This document shows positions 1 to 9,503 of a stretch of DNA of 64,000 bases, piece by piece. The DNA lies in contig OZ219753.1 in assembly GCA_964291315.2 (NCBI GenBank), positions 2,592,001 to 2,656,000 of the forward strand, in the 5' to 3' direction. Numbering within the stretch: the first letter of the stretch is position 1; each line of letters opens with the position of its first letter. The stretch is from Candidatus Poribacteria bacterium (GTDB lineage Bacteria; Poribacteria; WGA-4E; WGA-3G). The notes under the pieces were generated by a model. That model saw only the letters and a list, made by a program, of their open reading frames with translations, ran no database searches and was not told the origin of the DNA. The position numbers and the translations under genes are program-made.

Positions 1-496
1 CTACCGAATCAATACTACACGCGTCCGTTCCGATGACCTTTATCCGCTTTTCAACCAGCAGTTCAGCAGCATCTTCGTTAAAACCGATCCACTCTCGATT
101 AAAGTTATCTTGATAGACGAATCTGTCCATACCTGTGCGCATGAAAACGATACTGCCCGGTGAAATCTCACCGTTTTCAGCTATCCACGTCTTAACATCT
201 TCGGCGGTCACAGCGTCTTTCAGTTTCTTGGTCTCCGAAAAATCCATTAATACGGTGTGTCCGGTCAATTTCTCTTTTGGAATTTCGGCGATGGTAAGTC
301 CCCCGGGGTACATAAGACAAGGGGCATCCATGTGCGTGGAGTAATGTCCAGACATGTCAACGCGACTTTCAAAGTATCCGTTTTTCTCCAATGTTGCTTG
401 ATCGTAGATTTTCGCAGGATCGATCGGCAATTCGCGTGGGCTATCTTCATCAACTACATAAGATAGATCCAACACATTTTTGAAGTCAAGGTGCAT
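1..496 (-). CDS. cyclase family (kynurenine formamidase-like) metal hydrolase, 3' end outside window
   Basis: Manual translation from ATG 496: MHLDFKNVLDLSYVVDEDSP...DMSGHYSTHMDAP, matching the HxGTHxDxP cyclase motif; not in ORF track because it is truncated. Confidence 0.85.
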   Translation of the reverse strand, partial: MHLDFKNVLDLSYVVDEDSPRELPIDPAKIYDQATLEKNGYFESRVDMSGHYSTHMDAPCLMYPGGLTIAEIPKEKLTGHTVLMDFSETKKLKDAVTAEDVKTWIAENGEISPGSIVFMRTGMDRFVYQDNFNREWIGFNEDAAELLVEKRIKVIGTDACSIDSV

Positions 497-588
497 TTTC
501 TCTGTTCCTTCCTACAAAGCTTTTAACCTTACAAGGCTATGTTATGTAGTATAACACATCTCCTTGAAATGTTCAAGTAAATCAGAAA

Positions 589-1356
589 TTAAACGTCATG
601 AAAGTAGTTCAGAACCACGTTATGCAAGACTCCATTTGTTGCTACAAGCGAGGCAGTATCTTTCGTAACAGGTTGTCCGTGTATATCGGTTGCTTTTCCC
701 CCGGCTTCCCGGACGATGACGGTGATAGCCGCAATGTCCCATATACTAATTGCTGCCTCAATGACAGCGTCCGCTCTTGCAGAGGCGACGAGGTGATACA
801 TATAGAAATCTCCGAATCCTCTTGAACGGGCAAAGTCCTTGATAAGGTTGTAAGCACCCGAGAAGGTTCCTTTCTCTATAAACCAGTTCAATCCGCCGTG
901 GCAGACCATTGCGTCTTCGGGTTGTGCGACATCAGAGACTTGGATAGGTGTGCCATTCAGAAATGCACCACCGCCGGATTCAGCATAGAGAAGTTCCCCT
1001 AAGAGAGGGGCATTCGAAACGCCAAGAATAAGTTCTTTGTCTTTCATCAAGGCAATCTGTGTGCCGAAGATCGGGATTTTTCTGATGTAATTCTTGGTTG
1101 CATCGATCGGATCGATGATCCAGAAATATGGCGATGTGCCTTCCTCTTTTCCATACTCCTCCCCCAGAAAACCGTGATCGGGGAAAGCCTGCTTAATGGT
1201 CTCACGGATGACTTTTTCCGCTCGCCGATCGGCGAGCGTAACTGGGGTTTCGTCATCTTTGAGCTCGACTTTCATATCATCGGTGTAGTAGGCGGTAATT
1301 ATTTCTTCTGCATTTTTGGCTGCTTCCAGCGCAACCGTTAAAAATTGACTAGGCAT
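589..1356 (-). CDS. inositol monophosphatase family protein (histidinol-phosphatase HisN-like)
   Basis: LGEE, WIIDPIDAT and WDIAA..VIVREAGG motifs; start placed at MPSQ (1356). Confidence 0.9.
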   Translation of the reverse strand: MPSQFLTVALEAAKNAEEIITAYYTDDMKVELKDDETPVTLADRRAEKVIRETIKQAFPDHGFLGEEYGKEEGTSPYFWIIDPIDATKNYIRKIPIFGTQIALMKDKELILGVSNAPLLGELLYAESGGGAFLNGTPIQVSDVAQPEDAMVCHGGLNWFIEKGTFSGAYNLIKDFARSRGFGDFYMYHLVASARADAVIEAAISIWDIAAITVIVREAGGKATDIHGQPVTKDTASLVATNGVLHNVVLNYFHDV

Positions 1357-1418
1357 AAATTTTCCTATCTGATTTTTTGTGGATAAGACGACACATTGAC
1401 ACATGCCGCGTGTTTAAT

Positions 1419-3230
1419 TTACCGAAGCGAAATTGCTGGGCAATAAATACGTTGCCATTTCCGTTGCCACCATGCGCCTTCTGAATGTTTCGTAGCAAAA
1501 TCAGTAAAGCGGTAATCGTAAAGCGTCGCGCGAACGTAGCGCGGCGGTGTGTCAGGAAACGGATTTTCTGCCAATAATCTTAATATAGCAGGTTCGCCTC
1601 GTAAGAGTGCCTCCATGAAACTAAGAAACCAACGCGTATTCTGGCAGTCTCCTTGAAGCGCAGCAAACCACATCTGCCAATCTAGACGGGGTTGGTGCGG
1701 GGCAACCCATTTTGGTGCGCTTTTGAAACTCCCCGGTTTCCATCGAAATTCATAGGTTTTCCATGTGATACGATCGTTGCTGCCTTCAACGATAATTTCT
1801 GGACGCGATTCAGTCATGTCTGCGAAGAGCCCATACGTATTCGCGCTCCGAAACGGTGTGATCCATGCGATATCTGGGATGCCTATTCCGCTGAGAAGTT
1901 GTCCACTGAACCGGATGCAGCTTATCAGCAAGAGAAACGTCGCCGTGACTGTCAGGCAGATTCGCCTGTAACGGTGAATTGGTTGTTTGAGTACATGGAT
2001 AGACAGCATGAACCGTTTGGATAGTACTACTTTCCACGTCACATCGTCAATGAGCAAGAGACACAGCGCAATCGTCAATAGATTGAAAAAGCAGTAGTTT
2101 CCTGTCAGAATGATTAGTGCTTGTAGTCCAGTGAGTCCGATACATCCAGCAGTTCGCAGCCGTCGCGGGGCAAAAATTAGAAATGGCACAACTAATTCAA
2201 CTGTGAGCATGCCAAGTACGGATATCTGCTGGAACCACTCGGGTAGCTGATGCGCATACCATCCTATCCAGGTTGGTAATGGCTGGGTTTCGTAATGAAA
2301 GTTGAGGGCAGTTAAGTTTCGCCATACTTCATCGCTGGTAAGTTTGACGAACCCGGAAGCGAACATCAATCGGAACAGCAGCCAACGTAGGAGCCACAAA
2401 AACGCTGCGGCGGGTTGGGGCGTACGGAAAAGTCTATCACGAATTTGAAGGGGCGCGAAAAAGATTGCTAAAAATCCTGTCTCTAAAAGCAGGACATCCC
2501 ATTGGAAGCTAAGAAATTCTTGTCCCGCTACCACAAGCGATAGATAGAAAAGCCACAGACCTGCTAAGGTGACAGTTGGAAAGAAGCCCGCGATCAAAGC
2601 TGCGGCAAAAAAAACGCCGGCTGCACACAAAAGGTGGAGAAAGAGGTCCGAAGGGTGCAACCACAGCAGTGTTGGAAAGGCGTAATACCCTTCCACGCCG
2701 AGGTGCTGGCGGATAAATGTCAAAAATTGATCTGTCGGTAAGATGCCGTTACTTCCGATGAGTCCATGAATTTGTACCCACAGTGAGAGGAACGCAATTA
2801 GATAGATACAGCCGAGTGCGCGTAGAAACAACCAGCGCGACAGACAGTGGGTTGTTCTTGTTGTATCTGTTCCCCAGAGCCAGCGTGTCATTGCAGAGAA
2901 CAACGGACGGTGTTGCGCAATCACGCGGTACAACGTTTCAAACACCTTCGCGCCCCCGGGCAGCTGATAGTAGCACCAGAGGAGCCAGCTGCTGTCCAAA
3001 GCACGCAGAACAGCTTCCGCGCCGCTGAGGACGGTTCCGTTCTTCAGAATCAACTGCACCGAACTTTCAAATGCGGAGATCGGGATCTCGCGGAATTGTG
3101 AGGCTACTTTTTGGTACGGAACGTAATCGACGCGATCCCCGGTGACATGTTGCCATCGGGTAATCCAGTATTGGCAGAAATCGCAGTCTTCATCATATAC
3201 AAGGAGCGGCTTGCTGCTTTGTTGGTGCAT
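1419..3230 (-). CDS. lipase maturation factor family membrane protein with N-terminal DCC thiol-disulfide domain
   Basis: YDEDCDFC (DxxCxxC) N-terminus; LMF motifs FQWDVLLLETGF, HYETQPLP, HQPRLDWQMWF; start at MHQQ because the longer ORF overlaps the upstream gene. Confidence 0.88.
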   Translation of the reverse strand: MHQQSSKPLLVYDEDCDFCQYWITRWQHVTGDRVDYVPYQKVASQFREIPISAFESSVQLILKNGTVLSGAEAVLRALDSSWLLWCYYQLPGGAKVFETLYRVIAQHRPLFSAMTRWLWGTDTTRTTHCLSRWLFLRALGCIYLIAFLSLWVQIHGLIGSNGILPTDQFLTFIRQHLGVEGYYAFPTLLWLHPSDLFLHLLCAAGVFFAAALIAGFFPTVTLAGLWLFYLSLVVAGQEFLSFQWDVLLLETGFLAIFFAPLQIRDRLFRTPQPAAAFLWLLRWLLFRLMFASGFVKLTSDEVWRNLTALNFHYETQPLPTWIGWYAHQLPEWFQQISVLGMLTVELVVPFLIFAPRRLRTAGCIGLTGLQALIILTGNYCFFNLLTIALCLLLIDDVTWKVVLSKRFMLSIHVLKQPIHRYRRICLTVTATFLLLISCIRFSGQLLSGIGIPDIAWITPFRSANTYGLFADMTESRPEIIVEGSNDRITWKTYEFRWKPGSFKSAPKWVAPHQPRLDWQMWFAALQGDCQNTRWFLSFMEALLRGEPAILRLLAENPFPDTPPRYVRATLYDYRFTDFATKHSEGAWWQRKWQRIYCPAISLR

Positions 3231-3291
3231 CAAAATTTTCTGTAAGGTCTGCCCGCTGTTCAAAGCTTGAAGAGGCGGGATCCGTGGAAAG

Positions 3292-4521
3292 TTAATTCCA
3301 TGCCTTGTGGATTTTGGCAATAGCCTCGACGATCTGATCCATCTCCGCAGCTGAACCGAGCAGGAGATTTTGGAAAAGCCAGACGCTTTCTTCACAGACC
3401 GATGCTGCGTTTGGACAAGGCAGCGCCCGGATGAGGCTCGGATATTTCTGCCTAACGTGCGCCATGCCGGGCTCCTCTGAAAGCGGGGAACGGTAGCCGA
3501 GAGAACATGGAACGCCTTCAGCAGATAATGCATCGACGAACTCCCGCCGAGACCGACCACCGAATCCCTCAGCGGTATACTTCAGGCAGTAGAGGTGGTA
3601 CCCGTGTTTGGTAACCCAAGGCGCAAGTTCTGGCGGCGTGATACCTTCAATCATTTCTAGAGCGTTCGAAAGATAAGCAGCATTCCGGTTGCGAGTGTCT
3701 GTCTGTGACTCTAAGCGTTCCAAACGCACCAGGAGTATCGCGGCGAGGTATTCTGATGGGCGATAGTTCCAGCCGAGCCGTGGATATTCCCATCTTGCAC
3801 CGCCGGGGGCCCGTCCGACATTCATAAAAGCAGAGACACGGTCGTGGATGTCTTTGTCATTGGTCGTGATCATCCCGCCTTCGCCAGAAGTCAGATTTTT
3901 CGAGGCTTGAAAACTAAATGCGCCGATATTACCCAGGGCACCGACCTTTTCGGTCTCATATTCTGCTGCGTGTGCTTGTGCGCAATCTTCGATAATTGCA
4001 AGGTTGTGCCGGTTGGCGATTTCTTGTAAGGCATCCATGTCCGCCGGATGACCCCCGAGATGGACAGGCAGGATCGCGCGTGTCTCCGGACGGATTGCCG
4101 CCTCTACTGCTGCAGGGTCAATTGTAAATGTTTCCGGTGAAATGTCTACAAATACCACTGTGCATCGGCGTTCCAATACCGCGCTTGCGGTTGCGACAAA
4201 TGTGTAGTTTGGTACGATAACTTCGCCCCCGTCACTGAACCCGTCGAGATCCAGAGCCCCTGCCAAGGCGGCACTAATAGAATCAGTGCCGTGCGGCATA
4301 AAGAGAGCGTAATTTGTCCGCGTGTACTGCGCGTATTGCTCTCCGAAACGCTCAATCATCGCGCCGCCGGAGCCTTCTTTACCGCTCAAATATACTTCTC
4401 GGAGCAACGGCTCGATCTTCGATTCCCACTCCTCGGTTGTATGGACGGGCCATGCGGGCCAAGGGTCAGTTTCTGTATTGCGGACAGGTATGCCCCCCGA
4501 AATTGCTAATTGGTTGGACAT
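3292..4521 (-). CDS. DegT/DnrJ/EryC1/StrS PLP-dependent aminotransferase
   Basis: IIEDCAQAH, FSFQASKNLTSGEGG. Confidence 0.92.
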   Translation of the reverse strand: MSNQLAISGGIPVRNTETDPWPAWPVHTTEEWESKIEPLLREVYLSGKEGSGGAMIERFGEQYAQYTRTNYALFMPHGTDSISAALAGALDLDGFSDGGEVIVPNYTFVATASAVLERRCTVVFVDISPETFTIDPAAVEAAIRPETRAILPVHLGGHPADMDALQEIANRHNLAIIEDCAQAHAAEYETEKVGALGNIGAFSFQASKNLTSGEGGMITTNDKDIHDRVSAFMNVGRAPGGARWEYPRLGWNYRPSEYLAAILLVRLERLESQTDTRNRNAAYLSNALEMIEGITPPELAPWVTKHGYHLYCLKYTAEGFGGRSRREFVDALSAEGVPCSLGYRSPLSEEPGMAHVRQKYPSLIRALPCPNAASVCEESVWLFQNLLLGSAAEMDQIVEAIAKIHKAWN

Positions 4522-4693
4522 GCAAATCTCCGATCTTCTATTTACCGGTCAATAATCTGTAGTTCCCCTAGCTAAGGACAACATCTTGCCTCACACGCCA
4601 TGTTTTTGCCCGATCGCTACCTGCCATGCTTACCCTTCAATCGTGTCAACCCAGGAATTCTTATTTCTCAATTCATGGTGGGGTTAACGTCTC

Positions 4694-5107
4694 CTATTTA
4701 TCTGAGTAGATCGGGTTTCCTGCTTGATCCACGTACACTACTTCCCAGCCCTTTGGGGCCACCCCGGTATTCAAAAGGTTCAACTTCTGTTTCTCCGAGA
4801 GTTTTGGACCCGTAACCGAGGTGATTTTCCCATTCTCGGATCGAGTTATGGCGCTCATGTGCCATATCTCAGCACGCGAGGCAGTTTTTAGCACATAAAT
4901 CCTACATGGAATATTGGGCAAGGCGTTTTCACCGATCATAATCCAGTTTTTGGCTGCAGGACTGACCTGATCCACTAAAACTTCAACGGTTTAGAGGGCG
5001 GTGGTATATTCATCTGTGTGTGCATCGAAGTTCAAGAGCTTATAACCCCCAATTAGCATAATTCCGAAGATAAGCAGACACAAAAGATTTTTTCTACTAA
5101 ATTTCAT
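4694..5107 (-). pseudogene. hypothetical exported protein with in-frame TAA
   Basis: RBS (GGAGCAGGAG) and ATG 5107, MKFSRKNLLCLLIFGIMLIGGY signal; TAA at 4991-4993 is in frame with ORF 4694..4975. Confidence 0.6.
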
Positions 5108-5221
5108 GGGTTTTCTCCTGCTCCTTGAAAGGGAAACTAAGCCTCTGTCTCATTCTGATAAAAGTGTTTATCAATATACTACGGAATTTACACGATAATC
5201 GAAAAAATAGCAACAAAAAAA

Positions 5222-5250
5222 TTGACAATTGAAAAATAAATATATACAAT
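5222..5250 (+). promoter_or_regulatory. sigma70-like promoter
   Basis: TTGACA-17-TACAAT upstream of the Cache gene. Confidence 0.6.
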
Positions 5251-5296
5251 TAAATCTGTATTAAATTTTTATGAGTTAGAAGGTGAGGAGTCGAAA

Positions 5297-6235
5297 ATGA
5301 AAAATTTCTTGTGTATACTGTTTATTATAGGACTTACGGCATTTTACGTTACAGGCTGTGAGAGATCTATGACAAAGGCGACGATGGATGTCGTTACAAC
5401 ACCTGAGAAGCCGACAGCAGATGATCCTGAAATGTTCACAGTTGCATTCGTACAAGAGGCGATCGACCTTTACAAGACAGAGGGGTACGACGCAATCGCG
5501 GCCTACTACAACGATCCCGCACACATTGACGGGCAATGGTATGTCTTCATCACCGATCCTGAGGATATGTTTATCGCGCATGCACCCAGACCTGATTTCG
5601 TAGGGACGGATCTTAAAGATATTGTGGGTCTCGATGGATCACCCCTCGGAACAGAGATCGCCAAAGCCACAGGCACAGGACTTTGGATTGAGTACCTGTG
5701 GCCCAATCCAGAAACGGGCAAATTAGAGCAGAAGCACGCCTGGGCAATCCGGCACGACGGCTACCTATTCGGCTCTGGATACTATCGAGCGTGGGGACCT
5801 GACCCCGCGGCACTTTCAAGGGCCCCCAAGGATAATCCAGAGGCGTTTACACAAGACATAGTTCTTGCAGCAATTGCCCATTATGAATTTCACGGGATCG
5901 AGAGTATAGTAGCCCACTATAACGATCCTGCACACGTTGATGGGCAATGGTATGTCTTCATCACCGATCCTGAGGATATGTTTATCGCGCATGCACCCAG
6001 ACCTGATTTCGTAGGGACGGATCTTAAAGATATTGTGGGTCTCGATGGATCACCCCTCGGAACAGAGATCGCCAAAGCCACAGGCACAGGACTCTGGATT
6101 GAGTACCTGTGGCCCAATCCAGAAACGAACGCAGATGAACATAAGCGCACGTGGGCAATCCGGCATGACGGCCACTTATTCGGCTCCGGATACTACGCCC
6201 CGGTCTCGGAGGATACCGAAATGATTCCAAACTAA
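5297..6235 (+). CDS. lipoprotein with two tandem single-Cache domains
   Basis: Lipobox VTGC; two copies of WYVFI...AHAP...G..LGTEI...GLWIEYLWPNP...K..W......FGSGYY; GAGGAG RBS. Confidence 0.85.
   Translation: MKNFLCILFIIGLTAFYVTGCERSMTKATMDVVTTPEKPTADDPEMFTVAFVQEAIDLYKTEGYDAIAAYYNDPAHIDGQWYVFITDPEDMFIAHAPRPDFVGTDLKDIVGLDGSPLGTEIAKATGTGLWIEYLWPNPETGKLEQKHAWAIRHDGYLFGSGYYRAWGPDPAALSRAPKDNPEAFTQDIVLAAIAHYEFHGIESIVAHYNDPAHVDGQWYVFITDPEDMFIAHAPRPDFVGTDLKDIVGLDGSPLGTEIAKATGTGLWIEYLWPNPETNADEHKRTWAIRHDGHLFGSGYYAPVSEDTEMIPN
5531..6127 (+). repeat. intragenic direct repeat 5531-5716 / 5942-6127
   Basis: 186-bp copies offset by 411 bp; I found only one (synonymous, CTT/CTC) mismatch. Confidence 0.92.
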
Positions 6236-6329
6236 ACATCACGGACGTGTTGCAGTAGCGAAATATAGTGTCAAATCTATGCATTCTAATACACGTTTGG
6301 GATATTGATAAACTTGCCTGTTTTTCGAA

Positions 6330-7406
6330 TCAGCTGCCGGCTGTGAGAGAATTAATCGCCTGCACTGCTATTTCCGTGTCTTGGAGTGAGGCGTTCGGTG
6401 CACGCGAAATCAAGTGAGTGATGACCTGTTGTTTTAATTCATCAAGCCTGCACCGATGCACAATGCCGTGCTCTTCCATATACCGATAGACCTCATGCCG
6501 TTTTGGAAGTTTCGCTTTCTCCTTCGAGAGCATGAGGACTATCACCGGATGGCCACTGTTCGAGGCTTCACAGACCATAGAGAAACTATCGGCTGTGACG
6601 ATAAGGAGGTCGCTTAAAGCGAGAATTGCGTGATAGGGATCCTCAATTTCTGAAGGCGTGTCGGGGACAACGAAGAGTGGACACCAATCTGTGTGTTGTA
6701 AGGTTGGCAATAGACTCACCACCACATCAGGCGGTGTTCGGCGGGATGTCGTCACCAATATTTGTGCGTTCGTCTCCTCAGCAACTGCTTCACAAATCTC
6801 AATCAGTTCTGCCGTGTTGGCTGTAGTGATGGTTTCGTGCCGATCTGTACCCCCGAGGAGTATACCGATACGTGGGCGGTCTGATAGGTCTAGTTCCTGC
6901 TTCAGGCGTTCCCGTGTGGCATCCAATATACCTGGCGAAATAGGAGTTGGTACACCAATCGTTTTACAGATATTGCTTTTACCCCTCGCCTTATACCTCG
7001 TTTTATCCCATGAAACCATCGGAAGAATTGCCAAATCGAAATAACGAGTGCCTATTGGTGATGGTCTCCGGCACGTGACTGTCTTAGCACTGAGAATTCT
7101 GCCGAGCAACAGATTGATGGCCGCCACAGACGAACCCGTTGAGAGGATAAGATCAGCCGTTTGGAGACGAATCAAGGCATTGTACGTATTCGGGGCGAGG
7201 CTCCATTCAAAGAGCAGGTGGATAAATGAGGTTCGGAGCGAGATGCCCCCGAAAATGCACATAAAGACCCGTAAAAAATGATCCCGCCACTTCTGCTTGA
7301 ATTCTACTTCAAACCACTCCGTTCGACATTCAGGCAGTTTTTGCACGATCCCCAAAGACTGCTTATAGTGTCCGGGTTTATTGTCGCTTAGAATCACAAT
7401 CTTCAT
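6330..7406 (-). CDS. ELM1/GtrOC1 family putative glycosyltransferase-fold protein
   Basis: LSDNKPGH..QS, LLGG, TTSRRTP, VTADSFSMVCEA. Confidence 0.85.
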   Translation of the reverse strand: MKIVILSDNKPGHYKQSLGIVQKLPECRTEWFEVEFKQKWRDHFLRVFMCIFGGISLRTSFIHLLFEWSLAPNTYNALIRLQTADLILSTGSSVAAINLLLGRILSAKTVTCRRPSPIGTRYFDLAILPMVSWDKTRYKARGKSNICKTIGVPTPISPGILDATRERLKQELDLSDRPRIGILLGGTDRHETITTANTAELIEICEAVAEETNAQILVTTSRRTPPDVVVSLLPTLQHTDWCPLFVVPDTPSEIEDPYHAILALSDLLIVTADSFSMVCEASNSGHPVIVLMLSKEKAKLPKRHEVYRYMEEHGIVHRCRLDELKQQVITHLISRAPNASLQDTEIAVQAINSLTAGS

Positions 7407-7553
7407 TCTGCTTTATGTATTTAACGGTCTCCTCACCGCCCCCTTCCTACAGCTAAGGGCCGGGAATCGGCGTTTCCATCCTACGACAAAACCGAATGCC
7501 GCTAATAAATTGTAAGCGCGGTATGAAACAGCGCTTTTTGATTGAATCTGCTA

Positions 7554-8852
7554 TCAGTCAGCAGTTTTATCGTTCAAGGCCTCCACGACAAGCTCCTCTA
7601 AGGCGTGCCCTCTCGCTTCAGCCGTGATTAAGTTGCCTTCCCGATCGATAAGCCACGGTGCCGGGATAGCGCGAATGCCGTACTGTTGCGCAATAGGCGA
7701 GGTCCTATTAAAAACCTGCCGCCAAGGGATGTCATTCTTTTCGAGATAATTCCGCAACTTTATTTCATCGCCGTCAAGGCTCACGCCGATGACCTCAAAT
7801 CCTTTCGCTTTATAGGTCTCGTAGACCTTTTTAATGTTCGGCATTTCGGCGATACACGGTGCGCACCACACCGCCCAAAAGTCGAGCAAAACAATTTTTC
7901 CGCGATAGTCTTGAAGTGAAATTGGATTTCCATCAAGATCGACGGCGTGGAAGTCTGGCACCGGTTTCCCTATCAAGTCGGCTGACGGATCCGCTTTACG
8001 GCGGTACGATTCAGCGAGCTCAAGATTACCTAGCTTGTTGTGTACGTAGGCCAGTCTTTCAAAGAGTGAGAGCTCGCCCGGATGCTGCTTCACAGCTTCC
8101 TCAAAAGTTTCAAGCATGTCGTCATAACGTCCCAGTGCGTCCAGCATGTCGCCCAGGAAAAAGTAATTCCAGATCTCAGTCTTCATCGTTGACTTGAAAC
8201 GTGCAACTAGGGCTTCTGCTGCCTGCTCATTTCCGACGTGAAGGTAGAGCGTAATGAGCTGTGGATAGAGCTGAAGAAAAAGCGGTTCAGTTGCGGCTCG
8301 CTCAAGTTTTTCTTCAAAAGCGCGAATGGCCGCTTCGTGACTACCGTAGATAGCTTCCGGTGCATCTTCCCAAACCATGGGGGATCTGAAAATCTTATAC
8401 GAAAAGCTCAAGTTTAGGCAATCAGAATCTCCACTTCCGTGATGTCGGCAACGAACAAACGGGATGCCATCGCCATATAACAAACGTTGTTGACTTTTAT
8501 GTTCTCGATACCCCGGGTGATACTCATACCCGTAACTCACCGGCATCTCTGGGTCTACATTCATATCCATGATTGTCTTTCCGCCCACTTTATCCGCTGG
8601 ACAGATCAAGATGTTTGCATCTGCCAAATGTTTCGGGTGAAGAGCGGAGAGCCATTCTGGAAAATCGTCGTGTTCTTTCTGGTAGGCTTGAATCGCCTCC
8701 CCAATGGCTGTCAGATTCTGTGTGCAACTCTCGATATTTTTCTGGTCCGGTTCTGCAGTCTTGGCTATGCTCGGCCTCCGTGGCGGCGGATGCGCATAAG
8801 CAGTAGTCATCACGAGACTCAAAACCGTTGCTACAGTCAAAATTGCTTTCAT
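7554..8852 (-). CDS. exported TlpA/redoxin protein with TPR region and pseudopilin/DUF1559-like N-domain
   Basis: Signal peptide MKAILT..; C-terminal LDFWAVWCAPC..EMP; TPR-like helices; RBS GGAG. Confidence 0.82.
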   Translation of the reverse strand: MKAILTVATVLSLVMTTAYAHPPPRRPSIAKTAEPDQKNIESCTQNLTAIGEAIQAYQKEHDDFPEWLSALHPKHLADANILICPADKVGGKTIMDMNVDPEMPVSYGYEYHPGYREHKSQQRLLYGDGIPFVRCRHHGSGDSDCLNLSFSYKIFRSPMVWEDAPEAIYGSHEAAIRAFEEKLERAATEPLFLQLYPQLITLYLHVGNEQAAEALVARFKSTMKTEIWNYFFLGDMLDALGRYDDMLETFEEAVKQHPGELSLFERLAYVHNKLGNLELAESYRRKADPSADLIGKPVPDFHAVDLDGNPISLQDYRGKIVLLDFWAVWCAPCIAEMPNIKKVYETYKAKGFEVIGVSLDGDEIKLRNYLEKNDIPWRQVFNRTSPIAQQYGIRAIPAPWLIDREGNLITAEARGHALEELVVEALNDKTAD

Positions 8853-8967
8853 TTCAAACGTCTCCTTCAGGTTGTTTGCCAAATCATTAAGTTCAATAGA
8901 GGTGAGGCTAGAAAAACCTTTCAATATATTAAAACACACACTTAAGGTGAAAAGGTTGCATATTTTT

Positions 8968-8995
8968 TTGACAACATTCGCACTGTGTGTATAAT
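8968..8995 (+). promoter_or_regulatory. sigma70-like promoter with no downstream protein gene
   Basis: TTGACA-16-TATAAT. Confidence 0.6.
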
Positions 8996-9145
8996 TATTA
9001 ACAATCTGTTAGTAGTCGTTCCGATTGCACACCGTAACAGGTGATGCTACGATGGTCTCTATTTTTATACACTCACCGCAGGCGAGTTCAGTGCAACGCG
9101 GAAGATGTTGATACGGAAGTAGGGGCTCTACTAAGCGTTGAAGAG

Positions 9146-9205
9146 GCACAGACTGACAGTCTATGCTACAAGTGCCACTGCACAGACTGATAGGTTATGC
9201 TAGAA
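9146..9205 (+). repeat. two copies of GCACAGACTGA..(T)ATGCTA REP-like element
   Basis: gcacagactgacagtctatgctac (internal palindrome AGACTG-A-CAGTCT) and degenerate gcacagactgataggttatgctag. Confidence 0.6.
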
Positions 9206-9418
9206 ACACTGAATCCGCAACCGAAACGCAGCCCCGAAGCCTCGCCGCGCCCGATACACCACATCATGACGGCATCAACTTGAGACTGCCGGAGTCAAAG
9301 CGATAGATTTCCACTATACCGAGAAATAGACAGATTTTTTGAAGTGTCCGAGGGCGATTCACAACTAAAGCGACATAGACAGAACCACCACTGAACTGAC
9401 GGCTGAAGAGCCTTTACC

Positions 9419-9447
9419 TTGACAGCCCACCGTTTTGTTGCTATAAT
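9419..9447 (+). promoter_or_regulatory. sigma70-like promoter of phyH
   Basis: TTGACA-17-TATAAT. Confidence 0.7.
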
Positions 9448-9503
9448 ATCTCTAGCAGCTACAGTGTTGACACACAAACGTTTTCTCAAGTAAGGACCGG
9501 CGC

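Noticed and set aside
135-466. Three short ORFs at the window start
   Set aside because: Shadows of the truncated minus-strand cyclase gene.
3231-3560. N-terminal extension of the LMF ORF (likewise the extensions of 28871..30235 and 26099..27166)
   Set aside because: They overlap upstream same-strand genes; better downstream starts exist.
5531-6127. DGR template/variable repeat pair
   Set aside because: Both copies are in-frame domains, the differences are not adenine-specific, and no reverse transcriptase is present.
9146-9205. Mini CRISPR array
   Set aside because: Only two degenerate copies with a ~10-bp gap and no cas genes.
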